Assembly (NCBI RefSeq): GCF_902713615.1
Contig: NW_024055498.1
Location: forward strand, 732,878 to 796,877
Direction of reading: 5' to 3'
Source: Scyliorhinus canicula
Lineage: Eukaryota
Length of the DNA: 64,000 nucleotides
Numbering within the stretch: the first letter of the stretch is position 1; every line of letters starts with the position of its first letter. Below the pieces are notes generated by a model that saw only the letters and a list, made by a program, of their open reading frames with translations, was not told the DNA's origin and did no database searches. The position numbers and the translations under genes are program-made. This document shows positions 1 through 13,046 of this stretch, in pieces.

Positions 1-1651
1 GTGGAGGAGAATGCTGAGACCCAGGCTATTAGAATAGATGGCATTGAGGTGCATAGGGAAGAAGTGTTGGCAATTCTGGACAAGGTGAAAATAGATAAGT
101 CCCCGGGGCCGGATGGAATTTATCCTAGGATTCTCTGGGAAGCCAGGGAAGAGATTGCTGAGCCTTTGGCTTTGATTTTTAGGTCATCATTGGCTACAGG
201 AATAGTGCCAGAGGACTGGAGGATAGCAAATGTGGTCCCTTTGTTCAAGAAGGGGAGTAGAGATAACCCCGGTAACTATAGGCCGGTGAGCCTAACGTCT
301 GTGGTGGGTAAGGTCTTGGAGAGGATTATAAAAGATACGATTTATAATCATCTAGATAGGAATAATATGATTAGGGATAGTCAGCATGGTTTTATGAAGG
401 GTAGGTCATGCCTCACAAACCTTATTGAGTTCTTTGAGAAGGTGACTGAACAGGTAGACGAGGGTAGAGCAGTTGATGTGGTGTATATGGATTTCAGTAA
501 AGCGTTTGATAAGGTTCCCCACGGTCGGCTATTGCAGAAAATACGGAGGCTGGGGATTGAGGGTGATTTAGAGATGTGGATCAGAAATTGGCTGGTTGAA
601 AGAAGACAGAGAGTGGTAGTTGATGGGAAATGTTCAGAATGGAGTTCAGTTACGAGTGGCGTACCACAAGGATCTGTTCTGGGGCCGTTGCTGTTTGTCA
701 TTTTTATAAATGACCTAGAGGAGGGCGCAGAAGGTTGGGTGAGTAAATTTGCAGACGACACTAAAGTCGGTGGAGTTGTAGACAGTGCGGAAGGATGTTG
801 CAGGTTACAGAGGGACATAGATAAGCTGCAGACCTGGGCTGAGAGGTGGCAAATGGAGTTTAATGTGGAGAAGTGTGAGGTGATTCACTTTGGAAAGAAT
901 AACAGGAATGCGGAATATTTGGCTAATGGTAGAATTCTTGGTAGTGTGGATGAGCAGAGGGATCTCGGTGTCCATGTACATAGATCCCTGAAAGTTGCCA
1001 CCCAGGTTGATAGGGTTGTGAAGAAGGCCTATGGTGTGTTGGCCTTTATTGGTAGAGGGATTGAGTTCCGGAGCCATGAGGTCATGTTGCAGTTGTACAA
1101 AACTCTAGTACGGCCGCATTTGGAGTATTGCGTACAGTTCTGGTCGCCTCATTATAGGAAGGACGTGGAAGCTTTGGAACGGGTGCAGAGGAGATTTACC
1201 AGGATGTTGCCTGGTATGGAGGGAAAATCTTATGAGGAAAGGCTGATGGACTTGAGGTTGTTTTCGTTAGAGAGAAGAAGGTTAAGAGGTGACTTAATAG
1301 AGGCATACAAAATGATCAGAGGGTTAGATAGGGTGGACAGCGAGAGCCTTCTCCCGCGGATGGAGGTGGCTAGCACGAGGGGACATAGCCTTAAATTGAG
1401 GGGTAATAGATATAGGACAGAGGTCAGAGGTGGGTTTTTTACGCAAAGAGTGGTGAGGCCGTGGAATGCCCTACCTGCAACAGTAGTGAACTCGCCAACA
1501 TTGAGGGCATTAAAAAATTTATTGGATAAGCATATGGATGATAAGGGCATAGTGTAGGTTAGATGGCCTTTAGTTTTTTTTTCCATGTCGGTGCAACATC
1601 GAGGGCCGAAGGGCCTGTACTGCGCTGTATCGTTCTATGTTCTATGTTCTA
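1..1651 (+). mobile_element. CR1-clade LINE, 3' part: uninterrupted RT C-terminal ORF (1-1557), 3' UTR and (TTCTATG)n tail; continues beyond the left edge
   Basis: 518-aa open frame with CR1 RT motifs (KSPGPDGI, YRPVSLTS, QHGFMKGRSCLTNL, GVPQGSVLGP, KFADD, LERRRLRGDL); tail repeat at 1633-1651. Confidence 0.93.
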
Positions 1652-1682
1652 AAATGCAGTGGAAGCAGAGCCTTTGAATATT

Positions 1683-1909
1683 AAAAAAAAAAAAATTTAA
1701 AGTGCCCAATTCATTTTTAACAATTAAGGGGCAATTTAGTGTCACCAACCCGCCTACTCTGTATATCTTTGGGTTGTGGGGGATGAAACCTACACAACCA
1801 CAGGGAGAATGTGCAAACTCCACACAGACAGAGATCCAGAGCCTTGATCGAACCTTGAACCTCGGCGCCGTGAGGCAGCAGTGCTAACCACTGCACCGCC
1901 GTGCTGCCC
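1683..1909 (-). mobile_element. tRNA-derived SINE (shark HE1-like)
   Basis: Minus strand begins GGGCAGCACGGCGGTGCAGTGGTTAGCAC (A-box), then GGTTCGATC (B-box); body shared with many copies in the window. Confidence 0.85.
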
Positions 1910-2021
1910 CGTCTTTGAATATTTTTAAGGCAGTGATGGATAGATTCTTGATAAGCAAGAGGGTGAAAGATTATCGGGGTCGGCAGGAATGTGGAGTTGA
2001 GGTTAAAATTTTTGATTGATG

Positions 2022-2680
2022 GAGCAGCCTCGAGGGACCGACTCCTAGTTTGTGTGTAAGGAGCAGGCTCGAGGGGCCGACTCCCAGTTTGTGTGTAAGG
2101 GGCAGGCTCGAGGGGCCGACTCCTAGTCTGTATGTAAGGAGCAGGCTCGAGGGACCGACTCCCAGTTTGTGTGTAAGGGGCAGGCTCGAGGGGCCGACTC
2201 CTAGTTTGTATGTAAGGAGCAGGCTCGAGGGGCCGAGTCCCAATTTTTATGTAAGGAGCAGGCTCGAGGGGCCGACTCCCAGTTTGTATGTAAGGAGCAG
2301 GCTCGAGGGGCCGACTCCTAGTTTGTGTGTAAGGGGCAGGCTCGAGGGGCCGAGTCCCAATTTTTATGTAAGGAGCAGGCTCGAGGGGCCGACTCCCAGT
2401 TTGTATGTAAGGAGCAGGCTCCAGGGACCAAGTCCCAATTTTTATGTAAGGAGCAGGCTCGAGGGGCCGACTCCTAGTTTGTATGTAAGGAGCAGGCTCG
2501 AGGGGCCAACTCCTAGTTTGTATGTGAGGAGCAGGCTCGAGGGGCCGACTCCTAGTTTGTATGTGAGGAGCAGACTCGAGGGGCCGACTCCTAGTTTGTG
2601 TGTAGGAGCAGGCTCGAGGGGCCGACTCCTAGTTTGTGTGTAAGGATCAGGCTCAAGGGACCGACTCCTAGTTTGTATAT
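2022..2680 (+). repeat. 39-bp minisatellite (~17 copies) derived from a CR1 3' UTR
   Basis: Unit GTAAGGAGCAGGCTCGAGGGGCCGACTCCTAGTTTGTAT; follows a CR1 3'-end fragment (1915-2050) and matches the CR1 3' UTR at 51465-51510. Confidence 0.9.
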
Positions 2681-3989
2681 AAGCATGCAGGTTCAGCAGG
2701 CGGTAAAGAAGGCAAATGGTGTGTTGACCTTCATAGCTAGAGGATTTGAGTCAATGAGCAGGGATGTCTTGCTGCCATTATACAGGGCCTTGGTGAGGCC
2801 ACAGCTGGAATATTGTGTGCCGTATTAGTCTCCTTATCTGAGGAAAGGTGATCTCGCTAAAGAGGAAATGCAGCAAAGTTTTGCCAGACTGATTCCTGAG
2901 ATGGGAGGGTCTGACGTGAGAGATTGAATCGGTCAGGATTGTATTCACTGGAGTTCAGAATCTCTTAGAAACCTATAAAATGTGGTTGACATGGTGGAAC
3001 AGTGGTTAGCACTTCTGCCTCACATCACCAAGGACCCGGGCTCGATCCTAGCCCCGGGTCACTGTCCGTGTAGAGTTTGTGCATTCTCCGTGTTTGCGTG
3101 GGTCTCACCCGCACAAACCCAAAGATGTACAGGGTAGGTAGACTCCGCACAGACAGTGACCCAAGCCAGAATCAAACATGGGACCCTGGAGCCGTGAAGC
3201 AATTGTGCTATCCGCAATGCTACCGTGCTGCCCACAAATCTATGCATGTAAATGTTACAGGAGGTATGAGGGAGAATGTTTTTACACAGCGAGTGGCAAT
3301 GACCTGAAACTTGCTGCCAATTATGGAGTTTGGAAATAGACACAATGAATGATTTTTTAAAAGATTGGACAGAAACCTGAGAGAAATAAAGCTGAGGATA
3401 CAGACATAGGAGAATGAGACTTACTGGATTGCTCCAGGTAATAATAATACTCTTTACCAGTGTCACAAGTAGGTTTACATTAACACTGCAATGAAGTTCC
3501 TGTGAAACTCCCCTGGTTGCCACATTCCGTCGCCTGTTCGGGTACACGGAGGGAGAATTCAGAATGTCATAACAAGCACGTATTTCAGGACTTGTGGGAG
3601 GAAATCGGAGCACCCGGAGGAAACCCACACAGACATGGGGAGAACACGCAGACTCCACACAGACAGTGACCCAAGCCAGGAATCGAATCTTCATCTCTGG
3701 CATTGAGAAGCAAAAGTGCTAACGATTGTGCTACTGTACTAATTAGAGAGCTGGCATGGACTCAATTGTGTGACCTCACCTTGTATTTTAACCTTGGGGG
3801 GGGTTCAGATATCCTCAGGTAAATCTGTGCTACACTCCCTGCAAGGCCATTCTATCCTTCCTCAGGTTTGTTGCCCAGAACTGAACACAGTTCTCCAGGT
3901 TTGGTCTAACCAGGGTTTGTGAATCTCGGGGCTTTTCCAGTCACACTGAGACCTGAAATCTTCCCTCATAGACAGAACAGACAAACCTT

Positions 3990-4520
3990 TTACCTTCCAC
4001 ACCCAGATGCTGCTGAAATTCAGTTTTCAATGAATCGAGTGGTTCTGTCAGATCGCGATGTGACGTTTGGTTTGCGTTTCCCGTCTGTTAAACCTCCTCT
4101 TCCAGTATCCTGTAAATTTACAGAAACCTCACTGTCAGTTTTGGATAGAAATTCACAACATTTTCTCCTCGCCAACTTTGATTAAATGTATTCCTGGAGG
4201 TTTGATCACATGACCTGCCCCCATCCTCCAGCCATTAATCGGTCAACACATCCATCCTTGTGACACACTGCCTTCCTCGGCCAATTGGGAAGCTGTTTAA
4301 GACGGGACCATTAACATTGTGCTCGGGAGTTGAAGCCTCCACGGGGTATTTATGAAGCCTCCCGGTTCACTCCGCAGCTTCTATTGCTCCCCGGCCACCC
4401 ACCGGCTCCAATCCAGAAAGTTCCTCGATTGTTTCTTTCCCGCTCCTCGCACCGTCAGCGACAACCTGAACTGCGCATGCTCCAGCTACAGACGGACTGT
4501 CCGAGGAGCTTCTGTAATGT
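3990..4520 (-). pseudogene. Truncated zinc-finger gene unit: promoter-like segment (4330-4520) plus acceptor and exon head (4109 leftward) without finger coding
   Basis: TTTACAG|GATACTGGAAGAGGAGG resembles the ZF coding-exon acceptor at 15217; shares ACTGCGCATGCTCCAG with 22868-22883. Confidence 0.5.
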
Positions 4521-5338
4521 GGAGCACATTCTCAACTGCAGTGCATGTTGGGTAATACATATGATATAAATTATGCTTTGCGAACTGATTATGACTGGTA
4601 ACATCGGGCCAAGGTAACAAATGTATTAAATCAATTAATACAGCACCTAAATAGTATGGGCCTTCCATCACAGTTCTGTCCTGGGAGTGATTGGCAACAG
4701 TGACTACAGTGAGATGTGAACTCATTGGGGTCCCAACAGGTTTGGGTGAAAGAGCGATTTTTGTACTCATAGACCCAACAGTTAAATTGCCCCTCGCCAA
4801 TAACAATGTGCTGAAATTGGATCAAATAGTCTGAGCTTTTAAAGTTGGAGCGTTAACCAGTGGGGAAACTGAGGAAATCCCTTTGCACATGTGAAGTGTG
4901 TGAGTGATCTCCCTCTGAACTGCACATTAGATTAACTAATGACTGACTCATATTTATTCTCATCCAGTGGAAACATCTTCCACTTGCCTATCATATCAAA
5001 CCTTTTCATAATCTTACAGGATCAGGTCATCCTTCATTCCCTTTTCCAGAGAAAAGGTGATGCCCTGTCCAGTCTTTCTTGCCGGGTATAACCTGCCAGT
5101 TCAGGCATAATTTAAATATATTTGCCTGCATCTTCTCCAGTCCTTCTAGATCCAATTCAGGATGTGGAGACTTTACCTAATCTGAGCAGCAAACTCAAAG
5201 TTGCCCACAAATGCTTGGAAATTGCAGTACTTTTATCGTTTACCCATTAGCTGAATATAAGATGGGACAGACGAAGTAGATCCAATGAGTCTGTACCACT
5301 GTAGAGCATCTACAAACTTGCCTCTTCCCCTTACTGCT

Positions 5339-5520
5339 AAACCAGGTTAAAGTCCAACAGGTTTGTTTCAAATCACTAGCTTTCGGAGTGCAGCTCCTTC
5401 CTCAGGTGAATGAGCAGTGCTCTGAAAGCTAGTGTTTTGAAACAAATCTGTTGGACTTTAACCTGGTGTTGTAAGACTTCTTACTGTGCTCACCCCAGTC
5501 CAACGCCGGCATCTGCACAT
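5339..5520. mobile_element. Penelope-like terminal fragment with inverted-repeat structure
   Basis: ~48-bp inverted arms (ACCAGGTTAAAGTCCAACAG...CTGTTGGACTTTAACCTGGT) around a hammerhead-like core. Confidence 0.6.
5373..5409 (-). ncRNA. Minimal type-I hammerhead ribozyme-like motif
   Basis: TCAC-CTGAGGA-A-GGAG-ctgca-CTCC-GAA-A-GC-T-A/GTGA: core CUGAnGA and GAAA, stem II GGAG/CTCC, stem I TCAC/GTGA, palindromic AGCT in place of stem III. Confidence 0.65.
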
Positions 5521-6484
5521 ATTACTGCAAAACAGTTGACTTTTTCACTCTTAACCTCTCAGTGTAGACATTAAGAATGTGTCAGAGAAAGACTAGATTT
5601 CAGCTCGGTGACACGAGGCCAGACTAAAGTTTACTTCATTGGATTGTTGAGCTAATGACTCCATATTATAAGATGGATCAAAAAGACTGGAGAAGAAGCA
5701 GGAAAGTGTACCAGAATGATGCCTGAATGGCCAGGTTACACCCAGCAAGAAATACTGAGGCTCGATGAGCCATATCGTCTCCACCCACTTCCATTACTTG
5801 TGTTACTATGAACATCACTGTAAATCTTTCCATGCAGACACAACAGATGCAACAACCAACTTTTCATCTCCTTCATTCCCATATTCTTGGATTCCAAACA
5901 CACTTTCCAGGTGCTACTCAGTATTGTGCTCACAATTTGGTCTCCCCTACACTGAGGAGATTAAATCTGGATTGGGTCACTGTGGAACATCACCATTCAG
6001 TTATCAAGTGTGATCCGGAGCTTCTGATTATTTAGGTTTAAATTCCTTGCCCAACATCCACTCTGTCCTCGGCCTCCTGCACCATTCCAATAAAGCTCAA
6101 AGGAAACCCAAGGAACTGATCAGGCAATTTGGGACCTTCCAGACACAACATTCAGTTCAATAATTTCAGATTACAATCTTCACTCCTATATTTTTAGACA
6201 GTAGGTAATGGTTCTGCCATTTATACCTCCCCTGGACCTGTCTTTTATTTATTCTCCTGTCCTATTAGTTTACCTACTTGTCTCATTGTCACCCAGTTTT
6301 GCTTTGAACTATTATCCTCTTTGTCATTTAAAAAAAGCATTAAAGTGCCCAATTCTTTATTTTCTAATTAAGGGACAATTTAGCATGGCCAATCCACCTA
6401 CTCTGTACACCTTTGGGTTATGGGCGAAGATCCACGCGACAGTGACGTGGCTGCAAGGAGATCAGGGCTAGGATCAAAATATAC

Positions 6485-8880
6485 AAGGATCTGTGTCCAA
6501 TTGAAAGAAAAGGCAGATGGGCAAAGGGGGCGGGTTGCATTGTTAGTAAGGAATTAAGTAAATTGACCGCAAGGAGAGATATAGGATCTGAAGGCAGAGA
6601 ATCTCTGTGGGTAGAGTTGAGGAATCGCAAAGGTTAAAAGACCCTGGTGGGAGTTATGTACAGGCCTCCGAGCAGCAGTCAGGATGTGGGACAGAAAACA
6701 AATCAGGAGATAGAGAAAGCATGTAAAAAAGGCAAGATCACAAAATTCATGGGGGACTTCAATCTGCAGGTGGGCTGGGAAAATCAGGTTGGTAGTGGAT
6801 CCCAGGAAAAGTAATTTGTGGAATGTCTAAGAGATGTTTACTTGGAGCAGCTTTTAACAGAGCCTAATAGGGAACGGTGTAATGTGTGATGAGGCAGACT
6901 TGATTGAGGCACGATGGAAATTCATCCCAAGGAGGAACAAAGAATAAAGAAAAGTACAGCACAGGAACAGGCCCTTCGGCCCTCCAAGCCTGCGCCGACC
7001 ATGCTGCCCGTCTAAACTAAAATCTTCCACACTTCCTGGGTCCGTATCCCTCTATTCCCATCCTATTCATGTATTTGTCAAGATGCACCTCAAACATCAC
7101 TATTGTCCCTGTTTCCACCACCTCCTCCGGCAGCAAGTTCCAGGCACCCACTACTCTCTGTGTGAAAAACTTACCTCGTATATCTCCTCTAAACCTTGTC
7201 CCTTGCACCTTAAATCTGTGCCCCCTAGTGATTGAAAACATGCTAAAGGGAGGACAAGGCATTCATGGTTGACGAGGGAAGTCAAGGACAGCATAAAAGT
7301 AAAAGCATACAAAGTGGCGAGGATTAGTGGGAAGCCAGAGGATTGGGAATCCTTTAAAAGTGAGCAGAGGACAAATAAAAAAGCAATAAGGGGAGAGAAG
7401 ATGAAATATGAATGCAAGCTACCTAGTAATATAAAAGAAGATAGGAAGAGATGTTTCAATATATAAATATATATATATATATCTTTCAATATTTAAAAGG
7501 TAAGACAGGCAAAAATAGACATTGGACCACTGGGAAATGTGGCAGGAAAAGTAATAATAGGACACAAAGAAATGGCAGAGGAACTGAATACTGTACTTTG
7601 CATCAGCCTTCACGGTAGAATACCCCAGTGGAATGCCAGAACTCCGGGAGAATCAGGGGGCAGAGGCGAGTACAGTGGCCATCACTAAGGAGAAGGTTCT
7701 GGGTAAACTGAAAGGTCTGAAGGTGGATAAATCACCCGGACCGGATGGACTACACCCCAGGGTTCTGAAAGAGATAGCTCAAGAGATTGTGGAGGCATTG
7801 GTGGTGATCTTTCAGGAATCACTGGAGGCAGGAAGGGTCCCAGAGGACTGGAAAGTGGCTAATGTAACACCGCTGTTTAAGAAGGGAAATTATAGGCCGG
7901 TTAGCCTGATTCGGTAATTGGTAATATTTTAGAGTCCATTATTAAAGATGAGATCGCAGCATACTTGAAAGTGTATAAAAAAGTAGGACTCAGTCAACAC
8001 GGCTTTGTCAAAGGAAGGTCATGTCTGACAAATCTGTTAAGAGTTCTTTGAGGGGGTAACAAGGAAGTTAGATTTCCAAAATGCCTTTGACAAGATGTCG
8101 CACAGGAGACTGTTAAATAAGTTAAGAGCCCATGGTGTTAAGGGTAAGATCCTGACATGGACAGAGGATTGGCTGACTGGCAGAAGACAATGAGTGGGCA
8201 TAAAGAGGTATTTTTCAGGATGGCAGCCAGTGACTGGTGTTGTGCCTCAGGGGTCTGTGCTGGGACCACAATTTTTTTACAATATACATTAATGAAATGG
8301 AAGAAGGAACTGAAGGCACTGTTGCTAAGTTTACAGATGATACAAAGATCTGTAGTGGGACAGATAGTATTGAGGAAGCAGGGGGGGGGGGCACAGAAAG
8401 ACTTGGACAGGCTAGGAGAGTGGGCAATGAAGTGGCAGATGAAATACAATGTGGAAAAGCGTGAGGTTATGCACTTTGGAAGGAGGAATGGAGGCATAGA
8501 CTATTTTCTAAATGTGGAAATGCTTAGGAAATCAGAAGCGCAAATGGACTTGGGAGTCCTTGTTCACGATTCTCTTAAGGTTAACGTGCAGGTTCAGTCA
8601 GCAGTTAGGAAGGCACATGCAATGGTAGCATTCATGTCGAGAGGGCTAGAATACAAGACCAGGGATGTACTTCTGAAGCTGTATAATGCTCTGGTCAGAC
8701 CCTATATGGCGTGTTGTGAGCAGTTTTGGGCTCCGTATCTAAGGAAGGATGTGCTGGCCTTGGAAAGGGTCCAGAGGAGTTTCCCAAGAATGATCCCTGG
8801 AATGAAGAGCTTGTCGTATTAGGAACGGTTGATGATTCTGGGTCTATACTCATTGGAGTTTAGAAGGATGAGAGGGGGAG
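6485..8880 (+). mobile_element. Degraded CR1 LINE (endonuclease and RT remnants), interrupted by an antisense CR1 3' end at ~6943-7240
   Basis: Fragmented frames with KSPGPDGLHPRVLKE, AKFTDD and WAPYLRKD motifs. Confidence 0.85.
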
Positions 8881-9417
8881 TCTTATTTTTTTAAAATATA
8901 TTTAGAGTGCCCAATTCATTTTTTCAAAATCAGGGGCAATTCAGCATGACCAATGCATCTGCCCTGCACATCTCTGCGAAACCCACACAAACACAGGCTT
9001 GTGTCTGCTCTGCCATTCAATCATGGCTGATATTTTTTCCATCCCCTATTCTCCTGCCTTCTCCCCATAACCTGATTCCCTATTGATCAATAACATATCT
9101 ATCTCTCTTAAAGACATGTCTAACAGTAAGAGAAAAGCAACTTACTGCGGATGCTTCAATCTGAAACAAAAACAGAAAACACAGGACAGTCTCAGCAGGT
9201 CTGACAGCCTCTGTGGAGCGAGATGGCAGCTGCCGTTTCCAGTCAAGTGGGTCTTTGTCAAAGCTGGAGAACTGGAAATACGGTCAGATTTATACTGAAG
9301 AGAAAGGGAAAATGCTGGGAAATCTCAGCAGGTCTGGCAGCATCTGTAGGAAGTCCAATCTATCTTTGTCAATGTCAAAGAGTCATTGGACACTAAACGT
9401 TCGCTCTTTTCTAGCCC

Positions 9418-9713
9418 TACAGTGCAGAAGGAGGCCATTTGGCCCATTGAGTCTGCACCGATCCACTTTAGCCCTCACATCCACCCTATCCCCGTAACCC
9501 AATAACCCCTAACCTTTTTGGTCACTTAGGGCAATTTATCATGGCCAATCCACCTAACCTGCACAAAGATGGACTGTGGGAGGAAACCGGAACACCTGGA
9601 GGAAACCCACGCAGACACGGGGAGAACGTGCAGATTCTGCAGTGACCCAGTGGAACCTGGGACCATGTCGCTGTGAAGCCACAGTGCTAATCACTTGTGC
9701 CACGGTGCTGCCC
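9418..9713 (-). mobile_element. tRNA-derived SINE
   Basis: GGGCAGCACCGTGGC head on the minus strand; tail with GGCCTCCTTCTGCACTGTAG. Confidence 0.85.
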
Positions 9714-10480
9714 ATGTCTGCCTACAGATGCTGTCAGAGCTCTTGAGATTTTCCAGCATTTTCTCTTTCATTTCAGATTCCACCATCCACAGTAATTCGC
9801 TTTTATTCAGATTTATACTGTTGGAGTGGAAAGAGGAAGGTGGAGAGGGGGGGGGGAGGGGGGGGGGGGGGCTGGGGAGTGGAACATTTGGGCTGGATAG
9901 AGGGCCGGCGATAGGTGAAGATTGACAAAGATGTTTTAGATGGAAAGACAAAGGGAATGCAAATGACGGTGATCAAGGCTAAAAAGGCTGCTAATAGTGG
10001 CACATTCAGATATTAGAATGTGTTAATGGCAGAACAAATGTAAGCAGCATGTCAAAGGACAGTAGGAATAGGGAGCAGATTGCTCAGGAGCTGTGGGTGG
10101 GGGGATGGGGGGCTGGGCAATGTTGAGGGAAAACAGATCAGTGGAAGGTGGTGATGGGGAGGAGGGATTTCACAGTCTGAAGCTGTTGAGCAGACTGTAA
10201 AATCCGCAAGGCTGTACCGTGTCTAATCGGAGGATGGGGTGCTGTTCCTTGGCGTTGTGCTGAGCTACATGGGAACATTGCAGCAGGCCAAGATCGGACA
10301 TGTGGACATGAGAGCAGGACAGTGAATTGAAATAGCAAGCGACAGGAGAGTCTGCCACCAGTTTGTCGATGGAGCGAAGGTGTTTTGCAAAGTGGTCACC
10401 CAGTCGGCATTTAGTCTCTGCAATGCAGAGTAGATGGCGTTGGGATCAGCAAATGCAACAGGCCAGATTGAAGGATGTGT
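9714..10480 (-). mobile_element. Penelope-like element fragment (GIY-YIG endonuclease remnant and 3' region)
   Basis: Minus frame near 10370-10460 reads LLCIAETKCRLGDHFAKHLRS, like the PLE YIGETKRRLGDRFAEHLRS motif; related terminal sequences at 9130-9345, 12203-12600, 22124-22256. Confidence 0.7.
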
Positions 10481-10982
10481 ACTCAAAAGGACAGACTGTA
10501 ACTGACTTAAAGGAAATGCCAGAGACTTAACTGAACCAACTTTTGGAAACACAAAGAGGTCAAATATAATTAACATATCATTCTTAAATCTCTGACCTGT
10601 GAAGATATTTGATTGTGTTTAAAAGCTGACTGTGGTCAATCTCACAATGAACACAAGGGAATTCATATTACCCAGTGACTCGATTTATTCTCTTTGTCAG
10701 TCATGTTTGTAATTCACTGTTGTATATTTCAGAATCTAGATTTCAAATCAGGACATAAATATCGAATGATATTAAGTTTGGAGTAATGAAACGTTTTGAA
10801 ATGAATTTAGAGTACCCAATTAAGGGGCAATTTACGTGGCCAATCTACCTGCCCTGAACATTTTTTGGGTTGTGGGGGTGAAACCCACACAAACACGGGG
10901 AGAATGTGCAAACTCCACACGGACAGTGACCCAGAGCCGGGATCGAACCTGGGACCTCGACGCAGTGAGGCAGCAGTGCTAA

Positions 10983-11335
10983 GGGCAGCATGGTAGCATA
11001 GTGGTTAGCACAAATGCTTCACAGCTCCAGGGTCCCAGGTTCGAATCCCGGCTTGGGTCACTGTCTGTGTGGAGTCTGCACGTTCTCCCCGTGTGTGTGT
11101 GGGTTTCCTCCGGGTGCTCCGGTTTCCTCCCACAGTCCAAAGATGTGCAGGTTAGGTGAATTGGCCATGATAAATTGCCCTCAGGGTCCAAATTGACCTT
11201 AGTATTAGGTGGGGTTACTGGGTTATGGGGATAGGGTGGAGGTATGGGCTTGGGTAGGGTGCTCTTTCCAAGAGCTGGTGCAGACTCGATGGGCCAAATG
11301 GCTTCCTTCTGCACTGTAAATTCTATGAAATTAAC
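10983..11335 (+). mobile_element. tRNA-derived SINE, head-to-head with an antisense copy at ~10800-10982
   Basis: GGGCAGCATGGTAGCATAGTGGTTAGC...GGTTCGAATCCC; tail ending TTCTATG. Confidence 0.85.
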
Positions 11336-11649
11336 TACTACGCCACATGCTGCCCTGATTAATGGAGCAGTACACGATTGAACAGAAAGTATTGCTGAAC
11401 AAATGCTTTTACATTTTGAATTGCAGACTAAGTTCTGAATCTTAAATTGAGACATTTGCTGGGGTTTGATCCTGGCTCTGGGTCACTGTCCGTGTGGAGT
11501 TTGCACATTCTCCCTGTGTCTGCGTGGGTGTCGCCCCCACTACCCAAAGATGTGCAGATTAGATGGATTGGCACGCTAATTTGGTCCCTTAATTGGAAAA
11601 AAAGTAATTCGGTATTCCTAAATTTATTTTTATAAAGTCTGTCTTATTT

Positions 11650-11996
11650 AGAATATAGAACAGTACAGCACAGAACAGGCCCTTCGGCCCTCGATGTTGT
11701 GCCGAGCAACGATCACCCTACTCAAACCCACGTATCCACCTTATACCCGTAACCCAACAACCCCCCCCCCCCTAACCTTACTTTTTTTAGGACACTACGG
11801 GCAATTTAGCATGGCCAATCCACCTAACCCCGCACATCTTTGGACTGTGGGAGGAAACCGGAGCACCCGGAGGAAACCCACGCACACACGGGGAGGACGT
11901 GCAGACTCCGCACAGACAGTGACCCAGCTGGGAATCGAACCTGGGACCCTGGAGCTGTGAAGCATTTATGCTAACCACCATGCTACCGTGCTGCCC
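11650..11996 (-). mobile_element. tRNA-derived SINE with CR1-derived 3' tail
   Basis: Tail CAACATCGAGGGCCGAAGGGCCTGT..GCTGTA..GTTCTAT matches the 3' end of the CR1 at 1-1651; near-identical copy at 15880-16221. Confidence 0.88.
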
Positions 11997-13046
11997 CATT
12001 TAGTGTGAGGAAAGTTTGCACAAACTAATTTTGAAACTGAATATTACCGGAATGTTCAGGACGCAATGAGAAGAAAAAAGATGTTCCCATTTTGACACAG
12101 TTCACATATTAGCAGTTTTTTCATGCACAACAGAATTTAATGGGTTTACAGATGCAGATGAACAAATTTAATCACCATTTCAAATATGTTTAAATGTACA
12201 ATAAAAGCAACTTACTGTGGATGCTGGAATCTGAATCAGAAACACAAATACTGGACACTCTCAGCAGGGCTGGCAGCCTCTGTGGAGAGAGATGGCAGCT
12301 GCCGTTCCGAGTCTGCGTGACGCTTTGTCAAAGCTGGAGAACTGGAAATCGGGTCAGATTTATACTGTGGGGAGGGGGAGGGGAACATTGGGGCTGGATA
12401 GGGGGCCAGCGATAGGTGGAGAGTGACTAAGGTGTCTTGGAAGGAAAGACAAAGGGAATGCAAAAGGTGGTGATCAAGGCTAAGAAAGGTGCTGATGACG
12501 CATGAAGAGATGAGAATGTGTTAATGGCAGAACAAAGGTAAGCAGGGAGCCAAAGGACAGCAGGAACAGGGAGCAGATTGCTCAGGTGGGGGGAGGGGGG
12601 GGGGCAATGGTGAGGGAAATTTCCCTTATTCGAAACATTATTGACCTTACTCGTCTAATTTGCAGATGAGTTGTATCCTTGTTATTTTTTGTTCAATAGT
12701 TAAGCGAACGCATTATCTTACACCCACAAAGTTTCAAACGATACCCTGCAAAATACTCTGTGATGGAGACTGGCAGGAATCGCAGTCAGAGTTCACACCT
12801 GTTAATTCTGAATGCTTTTCTAATATGCTGTGATATTTGATGATTCTAATGTCGGATCGATTTCTCCGCCACTTGTCTCAGTTTCCAGCTGAATAGCACT
12901 CTGACAATAGAAGGTCCTTCAGTGCAATGAGGACGCACAGTTTACTATTCTCGGTCAGTGCGCCATGGAACACGCTGAGGTCAGGAACGAAGACACCGTA
13001 GTTATGTGATCCTTCTCGCTTTCGCGTTAGGATCACAAGGAGGGAG

